Notes: generated from the letters alone by a model not told the origin. Shown: positions 40,329 to 54,139, counted from the whole stretch's first letter. The stretch: 63,376 nt of DNA, filler included, from Ministeria vibrans ATCC 50519 (GCA_943704425.1; 5 parts of 5 records of this genome joined end to end with filler, not necessarily neighbours in it), one strand, 5' to 3'. Translations and numbers: made by a program.

Positions 40329-43300
40329 ATGCTCTCCTCAGGCTCAGAAGATGATGACGACTCGCTGAATGTGATTCGTATCAACGAAGACTACAAGAAG
40401 AAATACGAGATTCGCAAGGATCGCGATGAACGAATGCGACGTAAGACTCAACGTGCCCTCCATCCACTTGCGATCCAGCGTCGCAGATGCACGCATGAGC
40501 ATGTGCACGTGTGTGCGTGTCTCGCCGTCCCTGCGACGCTGTCTTTCTCGGCTGTGCTTTGCCATGCATCTCATCTCGTGCTCACATTTATGTCTCTGTG
40601 TGTTCTGTGTCTGTGCGTGTAGTGCAAGACAAATACGGGGTAAAGGCCGGCGATGAGGTTGACTCGGATGTGTCTGAGTCGACTTCCGAGTCGGAGGACA
40701 GCGACGCGGAAATGATGACGGAGAATGTCGAGAAGAACATTTTGCGCACTCTGTCGATGATCCGAAAACGCGATCCGCGCATTTACGATGCCAACGAGAC
40801 CTTTTTCGAAGCAGCGCCTGCTGAAGGTGGGGGCAATGCCACCGGCGAGGAGAGTGCTAAGAAAAAGAAGGAAAAGCGCATGACACTGCGCGACTTTGAG
40901 CGAAAGGAACTGCTGGAGAAGGGTGCAGAGAAGGCGTTTGCCGAGGATGAGGACGATCCCGACGCACTCGCCGCCAAGGCAAAGTCTGGCTCCTTGTCGT
41001 ACTTTGAAGAACAGGCGGCGGCACGCGAAGCACTCAAACGGCAACTGGTACTGACGCATCGACAGAGAGAGAGAGAGAGAGGAGGGGGAGAAAGAAACAA
41101 AGTGAGAGAGAGAGAAACAAAAGATTCTCATGTGCAGTGCCAATACGTTGCGTAGGACTCCGACGACAGCGACGACGAGGATATCTTTCAAACGAGGCCG
41201 AAAACAGTAGAGGAGAAGCAAAAGGAGGAGGCAGACTATCGTCGATGGCTTCGTGTAAGCAATGCAATCACGAGAACGAGAGACACATTGTTGACTCGTA
41301 TCATCATCATAATGTGTAGGGCGAAAAATCACGACTGGACAATACACAAGAGGAGGCCGACTTTGATGCACTGGGACGTCTTTGGCGGGATCCCAACCTA
41401 GACGAAAACGAGCAGTTCCTTCGGGACTACGTGCTGGGGCGACAGTGGACGGAGCGCAAGAACACGGGAGGCCATGACGCGGACGACGAGGAAGATGAGG
41501 CGCACCTCGACGACCAGGATGAGTTTGAGCGTGCGTACAACTTTCGCTTTGAAGAGCCAGATGGGAGTACGGCAACGACACTTGATTGAGAGACGTGTAT
41601 ATGTGACTGATTTGCGTCGTATTTTCTGTTTGTTTTTGACTCAGACACGATTCAGACGTATCCGCGAAACATTGATATGTCATTGCGACGCAAAGACGAA
41701 CGACGCAAAGAGAAGCGAAAGGAACGAGAGACGCGCAAAGAGCACGAGAAGGAGATGAAGCGCGAAGAAATGCGCCGACTGAAGAACCTAAAGAAGAAGG
41801 AGATCTTTGAGAGGCTCAAGAAAATCAAAGAATTGTCAGGTAACCATCATCATCATCGAGAGAGAGAGAGGAGGGGGAGGAGGAAGAAAGAAACAAAGTG
41901 AGAAAGGAGGCAAGGAATAGAGAGAGAAGCAAATTAGTGAATTAGAGAGCAACAACAAAATATTAGAGAGAGAAACAAAGTGATAGGGAGACGGACAAGA
42001 GTGGCAGACGGAAAAAGTAATGTGTGTCTCGTATGTATTTTGAATGTATGCATGTCTGACGCCCACTTTAATTTGATGTGATAGGGATGAAAGGAGAGGA
42101 GAAAGGGACGTTCTTTGACGAAGTTGATTTGGACGGGGAGTTTGACGAGGAGGCGCACAATGCGACCCTTGCCAAGATGTTTAATGATGATTTCTACGCA
42201 GCGGAAGAGGTAACGCATTTCGACGTGGTGTCGTACACGACTTAAGCCTGTGATGTGTAGAGCGAGAAACCGGTGTTTGACGACGAGGAGACGGCGTTTC
42301 TGGGACTGGATGAGGAGATGCAGGAGTACAGTCGAGGCGGAGGAGGCGAGGATGGGGATGGGGAAGAGGTTGACTTGCGGGCGCTGGAGCGGGAAGGGTG
42401 GGGGGAGGCCGATGCCGAGGGTGCCACGATTGTCGAAGGGGAGAGCAAGCGACAGCGGAAGCAGCGGCGGAAGCGAGAGCGACGGAGGGAAGAGGAGGGA
42501 GAGCAACGCAGACTGTTTGAGGCGAGTTTCAATGTCGATGCGGACGAGACTGAGGGGCAGCAGAGGGCACACGACGAACCACAGACGACCAGTAGTAAGA
42601 TGAAGAAGAAGACGTTTGACGAGTATGCCGAGGAGCTGTACCAGTTGGACATGGAGGATGTGGTGGCGGGCGAGCCGACGCGTTTTAAGTACCGCCCGGT
42701 GCCCGGTAAGGCGCACATACCGTTCAGTGTACTCATTCACTCACTCACTTGTTGCCGTACGCCCCCGTAGCAAATGACTTTGGATTGAGCACTGAGGAGG
42801 TTTTGTTGGCGGACGAGCGCGATCTGAACAAGTGGGTGAGTGTGAAGCGGATGACGCAGTATCGCGATGAGGATGAGGAGGCGCGTGACCGACGGTTTTT
42901 CCGCAAACGAGGACGCAACTTTGAATTGAAACGACGAGTGTTGACGTCGTTGGAGAAGAAGCTGATTGCGGAGCGACAGGAGAAGAAAATGGAGAGGGGA
43001 ACGCAGTGGAATAATGGGGGAGAGGCAGAGGGAGGGATGAAGAAGGAGAAGAAGAAGAAGCGAAAGGCGGTGGAGGAGGAAGAAGGGAAAGAAGAGGGAG
43101 AGAAGGAGGGGAAGAAGAAGAGGAGACGGATGGAGGAAGCATCGAAGAGTGAAGAGACCGCTACGGAACCCGAGGCAGAGACGAAGAAGAAGAAGAAGAA
43201 GAAGAAGGGAGTGACGAGTGTGGAGAGCGGCGCGGTGCGCGGAATGGACAGTGAGCGATTGGCTGCGTATGGGATTAAGGTGCCCAAGAAGAAGAAGAAG

Positions 43301-43333
43301 AAGAGTAAGAAGAAGAGCACGAATGAAGAGTGA
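40329..43333 (+). CDS. KRI1: KRI1 (40S ribosome biogenesis)
   Basis: INEDY.KKY; [10 protein letters not shown]; MTLRDFER; EQFLRDYVL; [12 protein letters not shown]; TYPR; LKNLKKKEI; [32 protein letters not shown]; RLAAYG. Confidence 0.92.
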
Positions 43334-43371
43334 TGATTCATTAGAATTATGAAAGCTTTTTATCTTTCATC

Positions 43372-45404
43372 TCAGTGGGTTTTGATTTTGGGCTTGGGAG
43401 GCGCGTCAAAGATGCGCTGGTTAAAGTAGAGAATCCAAACGAGAGAGGAGAGGTAGAAAATTCGAAGAGGGCGCAAAAAAGAGTCGGGAGAGAGGGGCGA
43501 AGAGGAGAGGAAAGAGGCAAAGGGAGCAGAAGAAGTGCGGAAGAGGAAAAGGTCGGTGGTGAGAAAGAGGGCGAGGCGAGCAGATTCGATGACGATGGCC
43601 CGCGTGAAGGAGGACGGGTTGTTGTTGAAGAGTACCCCGTAGGAGTAGAGGGTGAGAACGATGAAGAGGGCCGCACAACAGGAGAGAGACTGAAAGGGAG
43701 AGAGAAAAAGAAAAAGTCAGTGAGTGAGTAAGTGAGTGTATGTACGTGTGTGTGTGAGAGTGAGTGAGTGAGTGTATGTATGTATGTATGTGTATGTGTG
43801 TGTGTGTCTTTGTGGCATATGTGTGATACTTTATAGCGAGTATCTTTGTAGTGTGTATCTTTGCGGTATATATCTTTGTGATGTGTGTGTGTGTGTGTGT
43901 GTGATGCAACATGAGCAACATGATATCAAACAACGTACGTAGGGAATGTGCGTGGCAAAGCGCTCGGTAGTGATGAGAATGAACAAGGCGGTGATGGGGA
44001 GCCAGTGTGTAAAGAGGTAGCACATGAGGGCGGTGGGCAGGGAGCGGCCAAACTTGGGCATAGGGGCATGAACGTCGGGAATGTCCTCGAGCAGGCCGGT
44101 GCGAGGTGTGTCGTCGTGCCAGCCGGGTCCGTAGAAGAGAGTCTTGAGGCGCGCAGTGACAGTGGGAATGCATACGGCAGTAGACACGACGTGCCACAGA
44201 TGGTGCAACTGCGTCCAAATGGGGTCCCATGTCTCCAGTGGGTGCGTCAGTCCATACACAACCTACCAAACAGCGGCAAAAGACAGACAGCGACAGAGAG
44301 AGAAAAACAAAAAAGCAACGCAACGCAACCAATCACAAAGTGAAAGACAGAAGAAGAGAGAAGAAGAGAAAGAGAGGCGTGAGTCAGTCGAAAAATGTCA
44401 TCAACAAAACAAAATCAAAAAAGGTACCTCTTCGTGCTCTGCCTCGAATGTGCCAAAAAGCCGGTCCCAGATGATGAGTGTTCCAGCGTAGTTCTTGTCG
44501 ATGCAGTAGCGGTTGCGCCCATGGTGCACACGGTGATGGCTTGGTGTGTTCAAAACCCATTCCAGAGGGCCCAACGAATCAATGGCCTAAGGAATGAATG
44601 TGAACACAACTAGAGGTAGAATGACAAACAAAATCTCTACCTGAGTGTGAATCCAAAACTGGTAGAGTGTGTTAAACTGACGATGAAGAGCCATGATGGA
44701 CGGGGGGATGCAGATGGCAGCAGGCAAGTAGAAGAAGAGCGAGGTGAGACCTTGAATGGAGCTCTGCCGCAGAGCGGTTGTGAGGTTGTAATCCTCCGAC
44801 GAGTGGTGGACGACATGGCCCGCCCAGATGATGTTTACTTCGTGCGACATGCGATGGAACCAGTAGTAGCAGAAGTCCACGACAAAGAAGGTGATCCACC
44901 AGGTGTAGGGCGAGTCCCACGGCAGTGCGAAGACGTGGAAGTGGTTGTAGCACCAAATGTACGACGCCATCTCAATGCCAAAGTACAGGAAGCGCTGCAC
45001 CAGCTGCTGTGTCATGCCAGCAGCAACGTTGCCAAACGCTCCATTCAGATTGTACGCCTTGCTCAGCTTCGCGCGACTCTCCATTGCCAAGAGAGCAATC
45101 TCAACGACAACACAAAGGAAGAACAACATTGATGACATCGCAATGTAGTTTGGCACCTGCAGAGACGAGCGGGTGAGCATGGCGCGCGAACGCGGCGTGA
45201 CGCGTGGGCACTTACATCCTCGACCTTCTCGACCGCCCACGACGGCGTCGTCATGTAGAAGAGGGCGGCAAAGCCTTGATCATCAAAAATTGAAAAATGA
45301 ATATAAAAATATTGAGAACAGTTACTCTCCTTTCTTGGAAGTTGTTCTTCCTTACCATGGAGTAGGCGGCCACTGAGACCTTCGATAGGAAAGGCGTGTA
45401 GCAT
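43372..45404 (-). CDS. AGMO: Alkylglycerol monooxygenase (fatty acid hydroxylase superfamily)
   Basis: [39 protein letters not shown]; LYQFWIHT; [34 protein letters not shown]; YGPGW. Confidence 0.93.
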
Positions 45405-45646
45405 AGCAAAATAAAAAGTGTGTGTTTAGTGTTAAAGTCAGAATATTACAATCATACAGATAATTATAATGTCGATGTCGGGCTCATGTCTGCAGTGATT
45501 CAGCGGAATCAGCTGCCTCTTGCCTTTCTGCAGTGAGTCTGCATTCTCATGAGCTAAACTCATTTGACTCATTCTGGGGTGATTCAGTGTGTAAGTAAGT
45601 CCTGTAAACAACCGATTAACAGTTTAACTCAGTCTTGTTTTGATAA

Positions 45647-46695
45647 ATGGCTGCGTGCAGTCCCGCCAAACCCGCATCAAGCAAAACAATGGCACGCGTG
45701 CCTGATCTCCCGCCCTTTTTAGAGGCTGCTCGTGTCGGTGATGTGGACAAAATTGACGAAATGCTCAAGGTCGGAAAATTCCCCATTGGGCTCTCTCTGT
45801 CTTCCCACTCTCCTTCACCGTCTGCCCATGCTGGTTCATTCTAGGCGGATCCGCGTGTTGCAAATGACACACACACTGACGGCACCACCGCGCTGCACTG
45901 GGCGGCGATTGAGAATCAGACGGGCGTTGTGGCGCGCCTGCTCAACTCACCCGTCAATCGAGACGCACGCGGCACCACACTGGCTGCGCACGCGCTGCAT
46001 TGGGCTGCCAGGATGGGACACATTGAATCGTGCCAGCTGTTCCTTGCAAGCGGGGTGTTTGTGGACGTGGTCGATGCAGACGGCGTCACGCCGCTTCTCT
46101 TCTCTGCCGGCTGCGCCCACGCGCCCCTCGCCGCGTTTCTGATTGCCCGCGGTGCCAATGTCAACCACCAGGACAATGCCGGTACGAAGTGCGTCGGCGT
46201 GGGCCGTGGTTTGCCCAAGGACAAGGCAGTGCACTGCATTGAATCAATCTCACTCGCGCGCTTTAAGGAATGTGTGCTCTTGCGTGGGCGATGCGGCGCA
46301 AAGCACCCACCGAAGTGCTCTCGGCGCTCTTGGCCAACGACGCGTCGGTGTTTCTCCGTGACAAGAACGACTGGTCGAGTAAGGAGAGCTGAACTAACAT
46401 GTCCCAAGCGCCTATGCTAATGTATGCCCCCCCCTTCCACGCGAGCACCCTGTNNNNNNNNNNCCCCCCCCCCCCTCCCCTCCTCGCACCCTTCTTCAAG
46501 TTTTGCACTGGGCAGCGCGAACCGATCAAGGACGCCACATTTCTCACGTTTTAAAACGTCTATCATTCGCTGATCGAAGTCGACTCGAAGGAATGCTCTC
46601 CTGCAATGCTCAGTCTGCCAGTACCACACAAAATTTATATTGATGATAATAATAATAATAATAATAATAAATTTATTATTATTATTATTATAATA

Positions 46696-46727
<32 letters not shown>

Positions 46728-47153
46728 AATATTATTGTTTATATTGTTCTTTTCTTATATTTTATTATTCTGACATCTAGGCAACATCGCTGCTGCACAC
46801 GACCACGTGCACGCACTTTACCACTTGCGAAAATATTCAGTCGAGTAAGAAACTGTTCTGCTCCAACGCGACACAACACTACCCTTTCATCCTCCAGACA
46901 CAACGGGTTTCTGTCTCGCGCCAAAATTGATGAAAATCTTCAGGCACAGCTCATGTGGCGCGCTGCTTCATTTGTCATTTTTGGTTATGGTACTATTGTA
47001 TAAATTTATTTAGTACCTATGTCTTGTCTCACCTTGTGTCTCTCTGTCACTTCATTACTTTGTTTCTCTCTCTCTATCGCTTCGTTTCTCTATCACTGTC
47101 TCTCTCTACCACTTTGTTTTTCTCTGTATAACTTTGATTCTCTCTTATAATTT

Positions 47154-47229
<76 letters not shown>

Positions 47230-48655
47230 TCACCTATTGTTGTTGTTTTTTTNNNNNNNNNNNNNNNNNNNNNNNNNNNNNNNNNNNNNNNNNNNNNNNN
47301 NNNNNNNNNTCCTTCACCTATTGTTGTTGTTTTTTTTTTTTGCTGGCAGGTGCAATTTTTACATTCCTTAGTGGTTGGTTGTTGGTCACTGCTCTCATTG
47401 TCTCAACTCTGGCATTTGTCACGCTGTGCAATGCAGCATGGGATGAACGTGGTACGCTTGACGTTGGGTGCGTGCGCTTCACCCCCTCGTTCGGCGCCCC
47501 TGTTCGTGTCTCATACCCAGTCCCTGCCCGAGATATTCAATATACGTCTCTATACACAGGCTTACCATTGCGCCTCCCCCCCCCNNNNNNNNNCCCCCCT
47601 CCCCTCCCCGTAGGAACCTTTTTCTATGCGTACATGTGGTCCATGACAGTCGCCGTGACTGGCACTCTGATCCACGTATGTCTCTGTCTGTCTCTCTGTA
47701 CGAACACTCTTGTCTCTTGCTCACTTCCTTCTTTTTCACAGGGTCTCGCGACGGGTGGCTTTGGCTCGCATCCGCTTCTAACGGCCCTCCTTACCCTCTC
47801 CGTTCCTCCCTCTGTATACTTTCTCTACGCCGCCCACTACACCGACCCAGGCACCATCCGCTTTTCGCGCGATGAGTCTGCTCGAGTACGCTCTTGGTGC
47901 TGTGCCTCACCCTCCAAGCTACCCCTTTCGTTTTTCTTTACTCGTCATCTCTTCCACTTTCTTCTTAGCTTACTGTTGAGCTGGCGCTCTCTTCACGTCA
48001 TCTCACCACACGCACCTTCTGCTTCACTTGCTTTCTGCCTCGTCCCATTCGTTCAAAGCACTGTTCTGACTGCCAGAAATGCGTTGCTCGCTTTGACCAC
48101 CGTACCCGACCCTCCCAATCTGCACTTTCACTCTTTTTCTCAACGCTCTGTTTCTTCTTCTTCTCTCCTCATCCAGACTGTCCCTTTGTTGACAATTGTG
48201 TTGGCTCGGGCAATCATCACTACTTCCTTTTCTACCTTGCCAGCATCTCCGTTGCGTCTGCTGTCGGCACTGCCGCCTTCCTCTTTGGTATGTATAGTGT
48301 GTATGTGTGTGCTTTTGTTTATTATGTACATCTCTTTTCTCTTTGTTGCTTTGCTTTGTTCACTTTCTCTCTATATACTCTATCATTGTCAAGCTCATGG
48401 TATTATATACCTTCGTGCACTGACTACGGTTGTTGTAGAGGTTGTTGCGCGCCACCGACACGAACTCAGTGCCGACGCCACCGCCACCACCAAGCTTGGC
48501 GTGTGGTTCTACGCTGAGCCTTGGCTTTTGTGGATAATATTTCAGATATTCGGTATGATGATCAAAGAAATAATAGCAACAATAATAATATTAATAATCA
48601 TGATAATAATAATAATAATTTTAATAATAATAATGATTATTATTATAATAATAAC

Positions 48656-48688
<33 letters not shown>

Positions 48689-49101
48689 AATAATTTATAA
48701 TTCTGCAAATTTTATTCTTTTTTCCTTTGTTTATTGATGTAGCGTTTGCGCTGTTTATTGTATGTCTGTTGTGTGTACAAGTACGCAATGGAATGCTGGA
48801 GCTGACGACCAACGAGACGTTCAACCACCGCAAATACGACTACTTTGAGTGCGACCCACACACTCTCTCCCTGACTCTCTAACCTCACCCTTTCCTCCTC
48901 CACCACTGACTCTATCCCTCTCTTAGCATGCCCCGCTCGCGTCGTCTGGCCCACACGGACGACATCGTGCCCGACAGCCCCTTCTCCCGCGACTCCCTCA
49001 CAAACCTGCGTATCCTCTTGTGCGCTCCTTCGTACATTCGTGCTCGCTGGTCGCGCATCTTTACCCTTCAAGACTTTGTCTCCGAGTCCGTCACCGTATA
49101 G
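45647..49101 (+). CDS. Ankyrin-repeat DHHC palmitoyltransferase (Akr1/ZDHHC13/17-like)
   Basis: N-terminal ankyrin repeats; TM segments; [45 protein letters not shown]; TTNE motif; internal N gaps. Confidence 0.9.
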
Positions 49102-49178
49102 GATATTTATTATGTACTATTTTCTGTATCATCTCTCCTTTGCTATAAACACATCAAAACGTTTCCCTTTTTTTTCTT

Positions 49179-50146
49179 TTATACAAATCGGTTTGAGGGA
49201 GGTGGGGGAGCACACGCACCGAAGACGACAATCTGCGCAAGCTCATCGTGGTCGACCCCCTTCGCTGTAGTCAGCTGCACTAGTGTTGCGTCTAACTGCT
49301 GATCTATACACCCTCGCCCACTCCTCTGTCGCATCTCATCCTCCTCGTCGTCGTCTTCTTCATCATCACTCGCCTCCCGCGCGCCATTTACACGCGAAAA
49401 CCTATTCAATACTCTCTGAAATGGCTCTGGGCAATCTTCCAATGGCGTGCCACCACCCTCCTTCCTGTCCACTCCTTCGTCGTCGCCCTCGCCGTCATCG
49501 TTGTCGTACGGAAGCCGTCGGAGAGTCGAGTGCATGCGCTCCAGTTCGGGAGTGGAGGGTGCGACTGGCATCACCAAGGTCTTGAGCGTCATCTCACGAC
49601 ATGCCCTCGAGGTCACGCATTGCGCTGCCGTAATCCTTGCGTTGGAGGCAAAACTCGTGCTCGCAACAGTCGTTGATTCTTCGGCTGTGGCTGTAACGCG
49701 CACCGGACCCCAGCCAAAAAGTCGATAGACATAGTTGTACAGTCCCTGTCGCTGACTCGCATCCTCCATTTCCTGCTCGCTCTCCTCCTCCTTCTCCACC
49801 TTCACGTAGTCTCCGCCACCATCAACACTGCTTCGACTCGACTCGGCCAAAGACACTGCTGTCTCAAACACCGACGATGACATCACCACGCTCGAGGCAA
49901 CGCTACTGTTGCGGCTTCCCGCCACATCGCTGCCAATCGTCTCAATGAGTGCGTCTTCGTTGTCGCTGTCATTGTCGCTGTCGTTGTCGTTGTCATCTTG
50001 ATCGGTGGGAGCGGCCACTTCCTCGTCCGCCGGCACAAACACTTCGCCAGGTGGAAGATTGATGAACGGATGTGCGTACAGGTCTTCGTGGTCAATGCGA
50101 TCGTTCGGATACAATCTACACAGCATTGTAAGAATCATACAATTGC

Positions 50147-50180
<34 letters not shown>

Positions 50181-51453
50181 ACAATAAAAATACCTCAAGA
50201 GCTCTCGAATGAGCATTCTCATGCTGCGCGAGACATTGAGCGGGAACCAGACGGCGTTGCGACGCAGGGCGTATCGCACGTCTTTGCAGGTGTCATAAAT
50301 CTTCTTAAGCAACACCTCGCGCGTGCGCCAAGCCCCCGTCACGTCGAAGGGCATCTCGCCAAAGAGTGCCTCAAAGGCGACCACCCCCAGCGACCACAAG
50401 TCTGCACGCCAAGTGTACTTCTGTCCTTCCAGGATCTCCGGAGCCATCCACAGTGGTGAGCCGACAACCGATGATGTCTCCTCAAGGGTGTTCGAAAAGC
50501 GCTTTGCTAGGCCCAGATCACCAAGTTTCGCAACAATCCGATCGCCGACACGCGACAAGAAGACATTGTCCGGCTTGATGTCACGGTGGAGCACGCGAAT
50601 CGAGCGCAGATAGCGAATGCCGCTCGTCATGTCGCGCAGCAGCGGACGAAACTGTCGCTCCTCAATGCACTCGTGCGGCTGTCGTCGTCGATACGCCTTG
50701 AGCGTCCCCAGATTGCAGTACTCCATCACAATCCAGACGCACTGGCCAAAGGTGGGCTCGTCCAGACACGGAAGTGTCCCAATCTGTTCGACGACGTTTT
50801 CGTGCCGACACAGCCGCAGCAACTCCATCTCTTCGGCAAGCTGGTTGAGCCAGTGGTGTACATGCTCCCGCTGCGTGGCCTCAATCGCCTTCTGCTCCGC
50901 TTTGCTCTGTCGCGCGTTCACTTTCGGCAGACCCAATTTTTCGACAATGTCCCCAAAGGCCGTCCGCTGCATCTTAATGGCGACCTTGCGCCCCTACACA
51001 CCACATAAAAAAGGTAACATCATACGAATGTGCAAAAATATGAGTCAAATGAAGCCCCATAGCGGAAAATGAGTGTCGGGAAAGTTTTTTTTTTTTTTTT
51101 TTCCCACTTGGATCTGCCACTCTTATAGCACGCGTCGTGACTCACTTCTCTTCTGCTTATGTTTGCAGGAAAAGATGTTTCCCACTTGGCGAAGTCAACT
51201 TCGTTTTGTGGAAGAATCTCCGAAAGGGTAGAGCCACTGCAATGCAACACCAAGGAGGATGGTGTTCAGGGCAGCGGGCTGACGCGGGCGGGCGGGGCGG
51301 CACAGAGCCAAAGGGTCGATGAAACCACTCTCACTGAACTCTCACTCTCACCTCGTCCGTCGTCCCGCGATACACCACTCCAAAAGAGCCTTCGCCGAGC
51401 CGGAAAGGCGCCTTGCCACCGTGCATCCTGTCAACTTCCACATGTAGCGTCAT
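49179..51453 (-). CDS. Ser/Thr protein kinase (ATG1/ULK-like)
   Basis: Exon 1 LGEGSFGVVYRG; VAIK; HRDIKPDN; DLG instead of DFG; GSPLWMAPE; ADLWSLG; HPF; acidic C-terminal tail. Confidence 0.88.
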
Positions 51454-51642
51454 ACTGAGCTTTTCTTTCTGAATAAAATTGAAAAAGTTTGAATTCTCAA
51501 TAATAATTACGACGAGTAGTTATTATAATTAATTCTCTTGCGATCGTGTCTTTGCTTCTCCCTTCCTTCGCGCCCCTCTCCTCCCGCTCTACTTCTGACC
51601 GTGCCCCCTCCCCGCTTCTGACGGCTCCTCTCGCAGACCCCC

Positions 51643-53973
51643 ATGGCCGACTCGGACCCCCTGCAGGCGGACATCCGCTCTCTCGCAACGCAAATCTGCT
51701 CCAAGTGTCAGGATGTCGAGCGCCACAAAGCCCAGTCGCGCAAGCTCGGCGGAAAGGTCATGGAGGTCGCCTTGCCCGTCGATAGCATTGCTCCCGAGCG
51801 TCTTGAGCAGCCTGAAATTCGCGCAGTAAGAAAAATGCGCGACGTCATAGTTTGACCATTAAAAAAAAAAAAAAAACTTTTGCCTCTGTGTCAACAATTG
51901 TAGATTCTCGGAGACTTGCACAAGTATCTTGAAGATTGCCGGTCCCTGATTGGAAGCATGGTCAAGAGAAACCTCAGCCAGCGCCTCATGCGCGGTCCGT
52001 CCGACCTGCAAATGTTCGAGACGCTCTACGAACACCTTGAGTCGTGCAACGACCGTCTCGACGTCGCCCTCAGCACCGGCTTTGGCGCTGTCGACGGCGA
52101 CGATCATTATGAAGACTTGCGTGCCGACATGAACAAAGGCGCCATGACGATGTGGCTGGACGAGCAGGTGCGCAACCAACCAAGCAAGCATGTTGTGTCT
52201 CGCTTGTGTCTGTCACTCTCTGCTGTTCTTTCTCTCGCTTGTTTCTTCTCACTTGTTTCTTTCGCTTGTTTCTTCTCACTTGTTTCGTCTCACTTGTTTC
52301 TCTCGCCTGTTTCTTCTCACTTGTTTCGTCTCACTTGTTTCTTCTCACTTTTTCACTTGTATCTTTCCCTTTTACTTGTTTCTTTCGCTCGCACCTACAC
52401 TGTCTCTCTCTCTTTCTTTCTCTTATTTGACACGTCTCTCACGTGCTTCGTTCTTCTTTTTCTCTCTCTTTTTAACTTTATCTCTTCCTCTCGTCAGAAT
52501 GGCTGGAGCGCCGTCTACGTGACAACACCATCAAAAGAAACCACCTGGCGTCGTGCCTGTCTTCCCGTTTTGCCTCCTGTCGCACACGACTTTCAACCAG
52601 AGGTGCGCACACACTTTTAATCAAATAATAACAAAACAAAAGTTATTTTATTATTGCTATTAATTTTATTAATCAATTTTTGCTCTTTTCTCTTTCAAGA
52701 TGCCATTGTCGCGCGAGGAGAGTTCTGATTTCTTGAAAAAGGTTGCCGAAAAGCACCGCTTGAGCTTTGTGTCGGAACAGTCGTTTAGCGTCATTGGCGG
52801 CCTCCTGTCGGATCTGCCCACGGCGCTGCATGTCGTCGCGCAAGTCATGAACCTACGCAAAGACAAGGGTAAAATCGAAGTGCTCCTGCAAGACCTGGCC
52901 GAGCGTCAACAGCAGCCCGAGTTTAAGGCAACCGAAGTGCCTGGAGAGTCCTCTATTTGCACCGCCCAGCTAAACAGTATTCAGGTGAGCTTCATTCACT
53001 GCGACAGTTGTCGTCGTAAATGAATCAGCAATATTTTAAACTCATTTTTTTGTTTTGCCTTTTTTTATTGTGTGTGCAGAGCATCTGGAGTTTGCTGTTA
53101 CAAGACTTGCGGGCACGCAAAGAGGTAGAAGCAGTGCGATGTTTGCATTTACTGGCGTTTTTTGCGGCCGAGGAGCTGCCTTTGTCGTGGCTGGAGGTGT
53201 GGAAGAAGAAGGAGGATGTGCGCACGCTGATTGTGCGCCTTCACCGTCTCGAACTCGTGGCCTTTGACGAAACCGAGGGTGTCGTTGTGATGGACCCAGC
53301 GCTGCAGGCTGTCATGCGTCGATCGCTGGCGGACAGTGAGCGCCGGGCCTGGGTGTCCGCCGCCCTCATTGTCGTGCGTCGCATGTGGCCCTTCCGCAGC
53401 GAATCATCCGCCACCTGGCGTCTTGCCTGTGCCACCGCCATCCACGCCGACGCTGTCGCGCAACACGTCCAGGTTAGTGGTTTGGCGACGCCTGACGCAC
53501 GCGCGCATCTCGAAAGTATGGCGCACTTCTCGGTGGCCACGCAGTCCTTTGAGCGTGCCATCTCGCTCTGGTCGACCCTCGCCGCCTTGGAACTCGCTGC
53601 CACCAATGCGTCCCACCCAAACTACGCTGCAACCCTCAACAATTTGGCTCATGTCCAACGCGAGCTTGGCGATCACGCAAGTGCCCAAGACAACTACCAG
53701 AAATCACTTTCCATCCTCGAGCGGTCGCGCGGGCGAGCCCACCCCGACATTGCTGCCGTGCTCATGGGTCTCGGCGCCAGTCTCTATCGCCAGCGCAAGT
53801 TTACTCGTGCTCGTCCTCTCTTTGAACGCGCTCTTAAAATCGAACGCGAGTCATTGCCCCAGGCACATCCGCGAATTGTCAACACACTCACCTGGCTGAA
53901 AAATTGGCCCGAGTCCATCATCAGCCCGACCAGCTCGCAACATGGCTCGCCTAAACGCGACAAGCGAAAGTAA
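51643..53973 (+). CDS. NLR-like protein: MLKL-type four-helix bundle plus brace, truncated NB-ARC (HD1-WHD), TPR repeats; 5 exons
   Basis: N-terminus follows the MLKL 4HB pattern; PLSREESSDFL, DLPTAL, SIWSL, LLAFFAAEELP, MDPALQAVMR; TPRs AATLNNLA, HPDIAAVLMGLG, PLFERALKI. Confidence 0.75.
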
Positions 53974-54139
53974 TCACCTTTCTTTCTCTCTCGCACTTCC
54001 TTTTGTAATCTGTAGTACACAACTCATAATCATAATCATAATAATATTAATATTAATATCAATATTAATAATAATTATTTTAATTTTATCATTGTTATTA
54101 TTATTATTATTATTACAGTATTATTACGTGTTTATTTTT

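Noticed and set aside
40571-41683. Long antisense ORFs (also 55882-57240, 20190-20774, 7329-8042)
   Set aside because: Shadows of real GC-rich genes on the opposite strand; no motifs
52498-52602. W...VY....TTW resembling a WW domain in the MLKL-like gene
   Set aside because: Spacing is too short and the context fits an NB-ARC sensor-1 remnant better
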